Origin: Narcine bancroftii
Taxonomy: Eukaryota
Assembly: GCF_036971445.1 (NCBI RefSeq)
Contig: NC_091470.1
Coordinates: 187,674,001-187,738,000, forward strand
Length of the DNA: 64,000 nucleotides
Reading direction: 5' to 3'
In this document: positions 47,301 to 59,657 of the stretch, one piece after another
Layout: every line of letters begins with the position of its first letter
Position numbering within the stretch: position 1 is the first letter of the stretch
Notes under the pieces: model-generated
What the model saw: only the letters and a program-made list of their open reading frames with translations
Told to the model about the DNA's origin: nothing
The model's database searches: none
Program-made: the position numbers and the translations under genes

Positions 47301-50300
47301 GCGGAGGTTGATGGGATAGAGAGACTTGGATAGATTAAAGAGTGGGGGGGGGGAGTGGGGGCAGATGATATACATTGTTGGAAAGAGTATGGTCATGCCC
47401 TTTGGCAGAAGAAACAGACGGGATTATTTAAATGGGGAGAAAATTCAAAATTCCGAGATGCAGAGATTTGGGCGCCTTCATGCAGGAAGGCCCTGAAAGG
47501 TTAACCTGCAGGTTGAGTCGGTGGGGGAGAAGGTGTGATAGTACAGACCTATCACCAATGTATATAGTTACAGTATCTAGAGTATGTAATGACTGTGCTT
47601 ACAGCGATTGGCTGAGAGCTAAGTCACGCCTATTGTCTGGGCCTTAAAGGATTGTGTCCCTAGCCAGGTCGGATCATTCTGGACTGGTTGGCCACCTGTG
47701 AAGAGCTCCTGCCTTTTACTAATAAAAGCCTTGGTTTGGATCAACAAGTCTTTGGTTCTTTCGACGAGCTCTACAGAAGGCGAATGCAATGTTGGCGTTC
47801 AGTTCCAGAGGGATGGCCTACAAAAGCAGGGAGATGATGTGGAGTCTCGACGAAGCACTGGCAAGACAGTTTTGGACGCTGTATCTGAGAAGAGTTGTGC
47901 TGGCATTGGGGAGCATTCAGAGATTTACTAGAATGATATCAGGATTGAAAGCACTCGTTGGGAGTACAGAAGGGTGGTGGGGAACCTCGTGGAGGTATCT
48001 CAATTGCTGGACAGAGTAGACGTTTCCCACGGCGGGCAAGTCATGGATGAGAGGGCGTAACATCAGTTTAAAGCAGAGATGCGGAGACATTTTTTCAGTC
48101 AGAGGGTTGTGGAGTGTTGCCACAAACAGTGAGATATTTAAGGCAGAGATTGATGAGTCAAGGCATCAGGGAGAGAAAGCCGGGGAGCGGGGCTGAGGGG
48201 ATGGATCCTCTCATGATTAGAATGGCGGGGCAGGCCCAACTTCTGCTCCTGTACGTTGTAATGGAGCAGGAGCCAGCATGTGTTCGATGGATTGAAGGGA
48301 AAACCTACCCAATATCTCCAGGGTGATAGCCTGCTGGATCTGGAAGTTGGAAATGTACAGGGTGCAGATGTATGTCCCCTTAGATCGCACGTCCACACGG
48401 CGCATCAACAGTGAGGCGTTCCCTCGGCTGTGTAGACGGTCAAGGAAGAGCTCAGTGCCCTCCTGAGCTGCGTAGACCCGGTCCTGTGGCCCATGGTATG
48501 CGTAGACCAGGTGCCCGCTGCCTTGGAACTGGTAACGCCACTCCACCCCGAAGCCTGTGGTACGGTCCAGCGTGAAGCCACAGTCCAGTACCACATCCTG
48601 GCCCAGTCTGGCACGGACCACCGATGTGCGGGTGAAGACGTTCAGGACCACTGAGGGAGAGAGAACAGGGGAGGTGAGTGTGATCTGCGATTGGGCGGGA
48701 GGGGGTGGGGGGGAGGTACGGCAGGTACAGACCCCTTCCGAGGCACAAATCCCGGGTACAAGTCACCCACCCTTCCACCCGTGATATCTGACATAAAGCT
48801 CTCCTGCAGTGGGGAGCTCCCTCACTGTTTCCCCCCCCCCCCCACAGTTGGGAACTCTCTCACCATGTCTCCCTGTGGTGAATGTCTGCCAAGCTGCCTG
48901 TCTCCCCTCTGGCAAGCCTTGCTGTATTAACATTGGCTGTGTATTATCTCGACTATCAAGGACACTCCCCTTGGGTATAACTGTATATGCATCTATTGTC
49001 TTTCATTATTGTACCACGAGTTTCTGCCAATAAAAGCCATGATTATTGTTTAACCACATCGTCCTTGTCTACTTCATCAACTGGCACTTCACTCCTACAG
49101 TGGGAGCCACCCGCACTGCCCCTCCCACAGGGGGCTGCTCCCTCACTGCCCCTCCCACAGGGGGCTGCTCCCTCACTGCCCCTCCCACAGGGGGCTGCTC
49201 CCTCACTGCCCCTCCCACAGGGGGCTGCTCCCTCACTGCCCCTCCCACAGGGGGCTGCTCCCTCACTGCCCCTCCCACAGGGGGCTGCTCCCTCACTGCC
49301 CCTCCCACAGGGGGCTGCTCCCTCACTGCCCCTCCCACAGGGGGCTGCTCTCTCACTGCCCCTCCCATAGTCAAGAGCTCCCTCACTGTCCGTCCCCCCC
49401 CACAGTGGGGAGCTCCCTCAACATCAGACCAAGTGCGGAGGGAAGGAGGGAAAGCCACCCTCCACACCCTGCTTGCCCCCCCCACCTGCCCCCAGGGCTC
49501 ACGCAAATGGAGCCAACTCGGCGGGCGGGACAGTGCTGGGTCTGGGGTTACCTGAGGTCTGGTAGGGCGCTGCGTCCTCCTCTCCCCTGGGTCCCGACAG
49601 CACCCGATGCAGGCTGGTCACACTGAAGGTGCGGTCTGGGCTCTGCAGGTAGGTGCTGAACCAAAGTCTGGATTGGTAGGCAGGGGTCTTTTCCTCCTTG
49701 GTCAGCTGGGAGCCCCAGGGCACTGCCGCTTCCTGGGGCGTGTATCTGTTGATCTCACATCTTGGCTTTGGCCTCACACCCCTGGGCTGGCGGAAGCTAG
49801 GGTGTGCTATGACCCGCGAGTCATCTGCACAGACAGGCAAGGTACATTTAGATCCGCAGCACGGTAACAGACCCACGAGTCTGTGGCGCACAATCACATC
49901 CAATTGGCCTACAGCCCCCATTAAGTTTTGAGGGTGGGAGGAAACTGGAAACCCACACAGTCACGGGGAGAACATGCAAACTCCTTACAGACAGCGATGG
50001 TATTCGAACCCCAGTCCCGATCGCTGGCGCTGTAATAGTGCTAACCGCTACGGCAACCATGCAGCCCCTTGTCAAACAACAAAATCTGCAGGCACTCTGA
50101 CTGGAGCAAGACACACAGCATAATTTATGTAATGGAGAGGGTTCAAATCCCTACATCCCTCAAGGTCACCGTACAGGCTGATAGGATAGTTAAGAAGGCC
50201 GATGGGATGCTGGGCTTCATTAATGGGGGGACTGAGTTCAGGAGTCAAGAGGTCACGTCGCGACTCCACCAATCTCTGGCGAGGCCACGCTTGGGAGTAT

Positions 50301-53300
50301 TGTGTCCAGTTCTGATCACCTCATTATAGGAAGGTCATGGAAGCTTTGGAGAGGGTCACAAGATTCACAAGACAGAGGGAGAGAAAGTTGGCCCAACTAG
50401 GCCCAACGAGTCTGTTCCGTAAATCTACACTCAGCTACTCTGCACTAGTTCCAGTTTCTGGCCTTGTCCCCATATCCCTTGATGCCCTCACTAATGAGAT
50501 ACTTGTGTATTTCTTGTTCAAAATACTCCCAGTGATCTGGCTCTACTGCTGTATGCAGCAGCGAGTTCCATGGATCCACGACCCTCTGGCTAAAGAAGTT
50601 CTTCCTAATCTCTGTGTTAAATGGATAACCTCTCATTTTCAGACTATGACCCCCCCTTGTCCTTGATTCACCCACCAAGGGAAACATCTTACCCGCATCC
50701 ATTATCGAAACCTTTCAAAATTCGAAAAGCCTCAATGAGACCTTGTCTCGTTCTCCTAGACTCCAATGAATACAACCCAAGAGCTGCCAAATGCACTTCG
50801 TATATTAGCCCTTGCATTCCGGGAATCATCCTGGTAAATCTCCTCTCCAACAACATCACATCCTTTCTAAGATAGAGGGCCCAAAACTGCATACAGTTCT
50901 CCAAATAAGGCCTCACCAGGGCCCCATAGAACTTCATCAACACCTCTTTACTTTTATACACTATTCCCCTTGAAGTGAACGCCAACATAGAATTCGCTTT
51001 CTTCACTGACGATCCCACCTGGTCATTAACTTTTAGGTTTCCCTGCATGAGGACACCCAGGTCCCTTTGGACATCCGAGGTCTGAATTTTCACCCCATTC
51101 AAACAGTATTCTGCCTGTTTGTTTCCACTGCCAAAATGTACATCTCTCTATGTTAAATCTCATCTGCCATATTTTTGCCCAGTCTTCTAATCTCTCTATA
51201 ACCTTCTGCAACTTTACAGTTTCTACTACACTTCCTGCTCCGCCACCAATCTTGGTGTCATCCGCATATTTGGCCACAAAACCATTCATACCACAATCCA
51301 AATCATTATTAATTGCAGAGCAAATTTATCAGGGTGTTGCCTGGATTGGAGAACGTGTCTTTATGAGGCAAGGTGAGGCTTTTCTCTCTGGAGTGTAGAA
51401 GGATAAGAGGAGACTTGGTGAAGGTCTGCGAGGTTATGAGAGGCATCGAGAGGGTGGCTGTTTCCTGGGGCAGGACCAGCAAACACCAGAGGACGTCTGT
51501 ACAAAGTGAAGGGAGGGAAGTTTAGGGGCGATGTCAGGGGCATGGTTTTTTCTTAAACACCGAGTTGTGGGGGCCTGGAATGCCTTGATGGGGGATGGTG
51601 GTGGAGGCTGGAACATCAGAGAAGCATTTAAGAGTCTCTTAGGCATGTGGATGAAAGAAAAATAGAGAGTTATGGGGTAGGGAGGGTTTAGTACTTTTTG
51701 TATATGGGTCAGCACAACATTGAGGGCTGAAGGGCCTGTACTGGGGCTGTAGTTCTATGTTCTATACGTAACCAACGTTTCAAGCCTGGGACCTTCGTCA
51801 ATCCATGTGCAAAAAGCAGTCTGGCGGCCGAATAACCTGGTGTGGAGGGAGGGGCACAGGCCCTCTGGCAAGAGGTGGAGGTGGGTGGGAGGGTAGAGGA
51901 GAAAAAAGCTGAGAAGCGATAGGGGCGGGAGAGGGGGGATCTGAATGGAGAGGGGATGGGTTGGAGAAAAGGAGAGAGGGATGGGATAAGAGACAGGCGA
52001 GGGGCCAAATTGAAACCAGAGAGGTTGGTGTCATTGCCGCCCCATGGGAGGGTACCAGACATTTAAATTCATGCCGTCCAATCAACCCCGTGTTCTTTGG
52101 AGACTGGGAGGACACCGGGGCACTTGGGGAAAAACCCACTTAGACACGGCCAGATGATAAAAAGAAGACAGCGCCAGATTCAAACCCGGGACTGTACCTC
52201 CTGACCAAAAAGCTTTTCTCTGGATTACGTACAACCTATAGTAATACTGATATAATTTAAATAAATATAAGGGACTGTTACCGTTATAATTTAAATTATA
52301 ATAATTTATAGACAGGTACTCCACGACATGATCATAATTCGGATCAAAGGATTGGGCATATTGAAAGGACGTGCGCACTTGTTAGTCGGCATCCTGGGGT
52401 CTGCAAGCTGGGTGTGGCCATCTTGATTCCTGTGCACTTGCGAGTCTTCAGTTGGCACATGCATGAACGGTTTGCACTTTGGAGGTCAGTGGGCGCAGGC
52501 GTGAGAGTTAAGCGGCCTGAAATATATTTGACTTAGCGCCCTTAAAGGTTGTCACAATGCGGCGGATTAGCCTTGCACTCGTCAACCTTCTTGGGGAGCC
52601 CTGCTGCCCCTTCCTCTGTAACACCTTCAGTCCCCTACACCCTTCCCTGCCTCTGGAACACCTTCACTCTCCTACACCCCTCCCTACCTCCATAATACCC
52701 TCACTTTCCTACACCCCTCCCTACCTCTGTAACACCCTCCATCCCCTGCACCCCTCCCTACCTCTGTAACACCCTCCGTCCCCTGTACCCCTCCCTATCT
52801 CTGTAACCCCCTCAGTCTTCTACACCCCTCCCTTTCTCTGTAACCCCCTCGGTCCCCTACACCCCTCCCTACCTCTGTAACACCCTCACTCTCCTACACC
52901 CCTCCCTACCTCTGTAACAATCTCCATCCCCTACACCCCTCCCTACCTCTGTAACACCCTCAGTCCCCTACACCCCTCCCTGCCTTTGTAACGCCCTCAG
53001 TTCCCTACTCCCCTCCCTGCCTTTGTAACACCCTCAGTTCCCTACACCCCTCCCTGCCTTTGTAACACCCTCAGTCCCCTACACCCCTCCCTGCCTCTGG
53101 AACATACTCCGTCCCCTACACCTCTCCCTACCTCAGGAACACGCTCCGTCCCCTACACCCCTCCCTATCTCTATAACCCCCTCAGTCCCCTACACCCCTC
53201 CCTACCTCTGGAACACGCTCCGTCCCCTACACCCCTCCCTACCTCTGGAACACGCTCCGTCCCCTACACCCCTCTCTACCTCTGGAACACGCTCCGTCCC

Positions 53301-53804
53301 CTACACCCCTCCCTACCTCTGTAACCCCCCCTCAGTCCCTACACCTCTCCCTATCTCTGGAACACCCTCAGTCCCCTACACCCTTCCCCATCTCCTTGAT
53401 CGGAGAAGCCAGGGGAAAGCTACACAGTGAGATGAGTATCGTAATTGAACCCAGTGCACAGCACCACTGCCATTTTGAGCGCCTCTAGTGAGGGAATGTA
53501 TTGCCCCATTCCGCAGACCCCTGCTCTGGGGATGAATCTTTCCTTCCAACCCCATTTCCCACACACTTTAGAATTCCTGGGATCTTACCAAAGACATTCA
53601 GGAGCACAGCAGACTTCACCTCAGCCGGCAGGTCTCGTTCAGAGGAGGGATCCCCTTTCACCTTCCGGTTGGACACTTCACGGAGCAAAAGGAGAGTATC
53701 CGTCTGGATCACGGAACCAGGGGAACTCCCTTTGCCAACTGCATCCTCCACAAGCGTGCAGTCCACCAACGTTCCAACTTCCGGAACCCAACCCTGCCTA
53801 AAAT
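41246..53804 (-). CDS. TAPBP: Tapasin gene span (exons 2-6); leader exon and cytoplasmic tail not resolved
   Basis: Five phase-1 exons join in frame and align in order with recalled human and fish tapasin: DCTLVEDAVGKG, PRCEINRY, FGVEWRYQFQGSG, EPPKL, and TM PSFEEVVGMLICAYFLHGILKLL with the intramembrane Lys. The WRYQF.G.G motif and TM Lys favour TAPBP over TAPBPR/TAPBPL. Confidence 0.9.
41895..42218 (-). CDS. TAPBP: Tapasin exon 5 (IgC1 domain)
   Basis: EPPKLVL...LCEVANYYPLDVTVTW...SGHQQNSDGTFNLTS...YTCHVDHVSL...LTLKVA. Boundaries tctctgcag| and G|gtaaag; 324 nt. Confidence 0.93.
42566..46109. repeat. 3.5-kb CpG-rich satellite (14-bp tgtcggcgtcggtc, with 8- and 22-bp variants), running into a gap
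   Basis: Direct inspection; lies in tapasin intron 4. Confidence 0.95.
46110..46425. other. Assembly gap
   Basis: Run of N. Confidence 0.99.
47534..47775 (+). mobile_element. Solo LTR with 5-bp TSD GAAGG, inserted in a degenerate CR1
   Basis: TGTGA...CTACA termini; gaagg at 47529-47533 and 47776-47780; AATAAA at 47721. Confidence 0.8.
48309..48650 (-). CDS. TAPBP: Tapasin exon 4 (IgV-like domain)
   Basis: VVLNVFTRTSVVRARLGQDVVLDCGF...FGVEWRYQFQGSGHLVYAY...GNASL...GTYICTLY. Boundaries ctccctcag| and G|gtaggt; 342 nt. Confidence 0.93.
49113..49368. repeat. 30-bp minisatellite (gggggctgctccctcactgcccctcccaca)
   Basis: About 8-9 near-perfect units in tapasin intron 3. Confidence 0.93.
49552..49824 (-). 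CDS. TAPBP: Tapasin exon 3 (N-domain, second Cys)
   Basis: DDSRVIAHPSFRQPRGVRPKPRCEINRYTPQEAAVPWGSQLT...WFSTYLQSPDRTFSVTSL. Boundaries tgtgcag| and G|gtaacc; 273 nt. Confidence 0.88.
50440..51305 (-). mobile_element. CR1 LINE fragment
   Basis: KYADDTKIGG, WQMRFN, RDLGVLM, LVRPYLENCMQFW, RTRGGHSLKM, FFSQRVVDPWNSL. Confidence 0.88.
52610..53390. repeat. ~37-38-bp minisatellite (tgtaacaccctcagtcccctacacccctccctacctc)
   Basis: Reverse complement of the family at 40-710. Confidence 0.88.
53589..53804 (-). CDS. TAPBP: Tapasin exon 2 (N-domain, first Cys, editing loop)
   Basis: FRQGWVPEVGTLVDCTLVEDAVGKGSSPGSVIQTDTLLLLR...LLNVF. Boundaries tcttcccag| and G|gtaaga; 216 nt. Confidence 0.88.
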
Positions 53805-53970
53805 CTGGGAAGAGACAGGACTCTGATTAACCTTGGAAGCGTGCTGGCCAGCTGCCTCATGGGGAGCATCAATGCCTCTGAGTGGAAAGCCCTGCAAAAG
53901 GTGGTGAACACAGCCCAGCACAGCACAGGCAGAACCCTCCCCACTATAGAGAACATAGAAATAAAAATAG

Positions 53971-55090
53971 ACTCTGCATGCCAAACTGCATGAGTTTTTC
54001 AAGCTCTGCTGGGACCAAGGAAAGCTGCCTCAGGACGTTCGTGATGCCATCATCATCAGCCTGTGCAAAAACAAAGGCGAAAAATCAGACTGCTCAAACT
54101 ACAGGAGAATCACGCTGCTCTCCATTGCAGGCAAAATCTTCGCTAGGATTCTCCTAAATAGAATAATACCTAGTGTCGCCGAAAATGTCCTCCCAGAATC
54201 ACAGTGCGGCTTTCGCACAAACACAGGAACTACTGACATGGTCTTTGCCCTCAGACAGCTCCAAGAAAAGTGCAGAGAACAAAACAAAGGACTCTACATT
54301 ACCTTTGTTGACCTCACCAAAGCCTTCGACACTGTGAGTAGGAAAGGGCTTTGGCAAATACTAGAGCGCCTCGGATGCCCCCCAAAGTTCCTCAACATGG
54401 CTATCCAACTGCACGAAAACCAACAAGGTCGGGTCAGATACAGCAATGAGCTCTCTGAACGCTTCTCTATTAACAATGGCGTGAAGCAAGGCTGCATTCT
54501 CGCACCAACCCTCTTTTCAATCTTCTTCAGCATGATGCTGAAACAAGCCATGAAAGACCTCAACAATGAAGACACTGTTGACATCCGGTACCGCACGGAT
54601 GGCAGTCTCTTCAATCTGAGGCGCCTGCAAGCTCACACCAAGACACAAGAGCAACTTGTCCGTGAACTACTCTTTGCAGACGATGCCGCTTTAGTTGCCC
54701 ATTCAGAGCCAGCTCTTCAGCACTTGACGTCCTGTTTTGCGGAAACTGCCAAAATGTTTGGCCTGGAAGTCAGCCTGAAGAAAACTGAGGTCCTCCATCA
54801 GCCAGCTCCCCACCATGACTACCAGCCCCCCCACATCTCCATCGGGCACACAAAACTCAAAACGGTCAACCAGTTAACCTATCTCAGCTGCACCATTTCA
54901 TTGGATGCAAGGATCGACAACGAGATAGACAACAGACTCGCCAAGGCAAATAGCGCCTTTGGAAGACTACACAAGAGTCTGGAAAAACAACCATCTGAAA
55001 AACCTCACAAAGTTTAGCGTATACAGAGCCGTTGTCATACCCACACTCCTGTTTGGCTCCGAATCATGGGTCCTCTACCGGCATCACCTA
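53971..55090 (+). mobile_element. RTE-clade LINE internal fragment (RT domain), truncated at both ends
   Basis: FVDLTKAFDTV, GVKQGCILAP, LLFADD. Nearly identical in peptide to the 60300-62285 copy, in the opposite orientation. Confidence 0.92.
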
Positions 55091-55639
55091 TAATGTAGCA
55101 TACATGAAATTCTGTGATTTTGTCTATTGTAAGGAAGTCAGAGTCGCCACTTTATCCTGTGCCCCTTCACAGAAATGAGGCCACAATGAACTCACAACCC
55201 CTGGTTTACAAGGCCAGTGCTCTAACCACTGAGCTCTCAGAGCCTCTACAGTCAGTGGTTCTCAACCTTTTTCTTTCCACTCACGTCCCGCTTTAAGTAA
55301 TTCCTATGCCATCAATGCTCTGTGATTAGTAAGGGATTGCTTAAGGTGGGATGCGGGTGGGAAGGAAAGGCTGAGAACCACTGCTCTAGACTGAATTGTT
55401 ACTGAAATATTTTGCTTGAGAAAAATTGGCATTGGCCCATTTCCTTTGGAGTTCTGAAACCATGCACATAACGAGTCAATGAGGGACGATTAAAACAGTG
55501 ATTCGCAACCTTTTTCTTTCCGCTCATAGACCACCTTAACTAATCCCTATGCCGTCGGTGCTCTATGGAATTCCTTAAGGTGGTCTGTGGGTGGGAAGTT
55601 TTAATCATCCCTCATTGACTCGTTATGGGCATGGTTTCT

Positions 55640-56930
55640 TCTGGCTCTGGCAGGTATATTTTGTGACATCTTTAGCCGCAGGCAAGGATTGAAGGATAGC
55701 TAATATAGTTCTGTTATTTAAAAAGTAGCTCCAGGAATAATCCTCAAAGTTATCGGCCAGTGAGCCTGGTGTCAGTGGTGAGTAAGTTACTAGAAGATAT
55801 ACAAGTATTTAGAGGGATGGGGTCTGATTAGGGAGAGTCAACTTTGAGCGTGGTAGGTCGTGTTGAAGCAATCTTTTAGAGTTTTTTTCCCGAAGGTTAC
55901 CAGGAAAGTTGATGAAGAAAAAGCTGTGGAAGTTGTCCATGTAGACTTTAGTAAGGCTTTTGACAAGGCCCCGCATTTGGGAGGTCAGCCAAGAAGGTTC
56001 AGCCACTCGGTATTTAGAATGAGGGCTTTAATTGGATAAGACATTGTCTTCACAGGGGAAGGCAGAGAGCGGTAGTAGATGTTTGTCTCTCTGACTGGAG
56101 GCCCACAGGGCTCAGGGATTGGTGCTGGGACCATTGTTGTTTGTTGTCTCTATCAGTGATCTGGATGATAATCTGGGAAATTGGAATCAACAGGTTTGTA
56201 GATTACACTAAGATTGGAGGCATCGTGGACTGTGAGGAAAGGTTTCAAAACTCGCAGTGGGATCTGGACCAGCTGGACAAATGATCAGCAAAATGGCAGA
56301 TGGAATTTGTGTGAGGTGATGCATTATGGAAGGACAAACTGAGAAAGGACATACACAGTAAATGGTCAGGCACTCAGGAGTGCAGTGGAACAGAGGGATC
56401 TGGGAATACAGATACATCATTCCCTGAAAGTGGCGTACTGCATGCAATTTTCGTGACCTAATTCCAGGAAAGAGATCAGTGAGATTGAAAGCGTGCGGAG
56501 AAGATTCACTAGGATATTGGCTGACTTGAGGAACTGAGTTACAGGTTAGGACATGGAGAAGGACGAGGGGAGAATGGATAAAGGTATGCAAAATGATCAG
56601 GGATAGAAATAGAGTAAATGCCAGCAGGTTTTTACACTGAGGTTGGTTGAGACAAAAGCCAGAGGATATGTTAAGAGCGAAAGGGGAAGTGTTTAAAGGG
56701 AATATTTGGGGGATCTTGTTCACGCAGAAAGTGGTGAGGGTGTGGAACGAGCTGCCAGCTGAAGTGGTGAATGCGGGCTCAATTTTGACATTTAAGGACA
56801 GGTCCATGGATGGGAGGGAAATGGAGGGCTATGGTCCAGGTGCAGGTCATTGGGACTAGACAGAATAATGGTCTGACTAGATAGGCTGAAAGGTGTGTTT
56901 CAGTGCCGTGGTGTTCGACCGTTCTGTGAT
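55640..56930 (+). mobile_element. Degenerate CR1 LINE
   Basis: gactttagtaaggcttttgacaagg (DFSKAFDK), FTQKVVRVWNELP, CR1 3' end. Confidence 0.8.
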
Positions 56931-57297
56931 TCTCAGGAGCAGGGGGTCAGCAAACTGGCTTGAGTCTTCTCCATCACCCAATAAGATCTTGGCTCCTTAT
57001 TTCTCCTACTGTGCAAAAATCTCCCAAACTGTGCCTGAAATAGATTTAATGAGGCAGCCTCCTTTGGCAGAAAACTCCACAGAGTAAAAGCATTTAGACC
57101 AACCTTTTTCTTCCCACTCACATCCCACTTTTAAGTAATCCCTCTACCATCGGTGCTCTGTGATTAGTAAGGGATTGCTTAAGGTGGGATGTGTGTGGAA
57201 AGAAAAAGTTTGAAAACCTCTGTTTCAATCGTCCCTCATTGACTCATTATGTGCCCAGTTTCAGAACTCCAGAGGAAATGGGCCAATGACAACTTTT

Positions 57298-57880
57298 TAA
57301 AAATATTTTATTTAGAATTTTAAATTACATAACATTGATTATAATATTGATATAAACACATGATTAAATAAACCCATCCATCCCAAAATCCCTCAACCAC
57401 CCCTCTAACACCGTCCCTTCTCCCCTACCCACCTCCAAACAAAGGAAGATCTTCAATAAAAAAACGATCACAATCAACTTCCTAGCTGCGGACACGGAGA
57501 TATCCACCAGAGCGAACCGAGAGATCCAATTTTAACACCAAGAATTTTTAAATATAGACTCCACACTGTTACCACAGAGAAGGCATATCACACAGGGGTA
57601 AAGATGAACAATTACTTTATTAACAAAAAATTCACCTTCAAACTTTAATTCAAAATCCCTCCTTTTATAACAATGCCCACTGATTACTATGCAAATTTCT
57701 ATAACAGTGTAAAACTAATAAATACCCCAGCCTAAACAGAACATATATAATTAAAGTCGAAGTTATATTTCCAAACAGCCCACAGAAACACAGACACAAA
57801 ACACACAAAACTTCGATCTCAACCGAAGCAAAGATCATAAACAAAATTCAGTTTGTTTGATAAATTGAAGCCAAAAGATC

Positions 57881-57919
<39 letters not shown>

Positions 57920-59657
57920 AAATTTCGAAGTTGTCTTGTGTTGCTGCAGAGAGAGGAACCACTGGCTTGGTACGAATCCTTCTGGCTGCCTTTGGAATGT
58001 TCATCCCTTTTAAAATGCCCATCATTCTAAACTGCCTCCCAGACAATGACTCATGCTTGGGCCTCCTTCCACTTCACAGCCACAGTTGGTTTGTCTTCCA
58101 ACTCCAGAAATTTCTAGATCATCTGCACATGCCCAGTCCGTCTCCCACTCTCTCAGCAGTCCACCTTCACCTTGGCTCTTAAAGGCAAACTGTCATTTTC
58201 CAACGCAAAACCACACAACACAAAGGCCAATACACACAGAAGTCTGTAACAACACTTCTACGCAAAAAAAATTTATCTCTCAAATTATACATTATCTTCT
58301 CTAAAGGAATACAAGCTTTCATTTCATCAAATCTTTTCAGACTTAAAACCAAATCAGATTTCCATGTAATAGCTAAACGTTTTTTTAGAAACAGCCAAAG
58401 CCAAATGTAAAAATTCAATTTGATACGCAGCCAATCTCAACCGTAAGGCTTAATATCCCCTAATAATAACAATGGATCAAGTGGTAAATTCACTTTTGAT
58501 ACCTACTCTAAAAATATCTGAGTTAAATACGATTGGTGTAAAAAATTATATTGTACCAATCTATATGGTATATTTATGACCTTAGTCAAACTGTCTCTAC
58601 ACAAGTTCCTCCAAACACTTTTATCTATCTTTCTATTCAAATCCAATTCCTATTTCACCCTCGACTTATGAATATCCAGTTTAGGTATTTTATTTTGTAA
58701 TAATTTATAAATCTCAAAATGAATCTTCCTTCACAAGTAATAATTCTAAAGTAATAATTCTAACGTCGAAAGAAATTAAAGCTTTAAATTCTATGCAAAA
58801 TGGGAAATCTCCTGAAGAGGATGAATTTTATTATAAATTCAAGGATTTATTGATGCCTTTATTAATGGTAATACTAAAACAACTGACTGTAATTTGTTCT
58901 ATTCCTGAATCTTTTTTCAAACTCTGTAATAACAGTGATACCCAAGAAAGATAAAGACCGGAATATTAATTATAAAATTGAGGTGAAGATTTTGGCGAAT
59001 AGAGTAAATTAATATTTACCGAGTCGGTCCATTTAGATCAGACTGGATTTATGAAGAAAAGATATTCTGATAGTGGAGTGAAATTGATTAGTTTAATACG
59101 TAGTTCTCAGAGACAATTGGATTTGGCGTTAGTTTTGTCGTTAAATGCAGAAAGGCTTTTAATAGATTGGAATGGAATTTTTTTTAAATGTTTTACAAAA
59201 ATTTCAATTTGGGTCAAAATTTATTAATTGGATTAAAGCTTTATATAGAAGTCTTCTGGGTAAAGTAGTTATCAATGGACAACTTTCTTCATATATTCCA
59301 TTGACACGATCAGCTAGACAAGGCTGTCCTTTATTTCCTGCATTGTTTGTTTTAGCAATTGAAACATTGGCACAATTAATAAGACAAGATGTTGATATTA
59401 AAGGGATTAAAATTTAAAATTAGTCGTTTTGCAAATGATGTATTAATTTATGTTAACAGATCTGGAGAATTCTTTAGTTTCATTACATATAAAAAATTAT
59501 AAGACTACGGAGCAATATGGGGATTTTAAAAGTTGATTGTTTTGATGCAGGGAGATTTTTTTTATCTTTTAATCAAATGAAAGAGAAGTTTCAAATCCCT
59601 TCGAATACTTTTTTTTTGTTATTAACGGGTTTAAAAAAAAATTGTTAGGAGAAATTT
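57298..59657 (-). mobile_element. L1/Tx1-clade LINE with 5' inversion, inserted in a hAT MITE
   Basis: 3' part on minus (57298-58750; KRLAITWKS..CIPLEKIMY) and RT part on plus (58750-59657; RQGCPLFPALFVLAIETLA). Degenerate TSD ggccaatgacaactttt (57281-57297) / ggccaaggacaattttt (59658-59674). Confidence 0.78.
57567..58251 (-). mobile_element. Solo LTR (Gypsy-like) with 4-bp TSD ACAC, nested in the L1
   Basis: Perfect TGTTAC...GTAACA termini; acac at 57563-57566 and 58252-58255; contains a (GA)n tract at 57884-57917. Confidence 0.82.

Noticed and set aside
41246-53804. Calling the gene TAPBPR/TAPBPL
   Set aside because: The EWRYQF.G.G motif, PS.E..VG pre-TM motif and TM lysine match tapasin proper. 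A phylogeny would be decisive.
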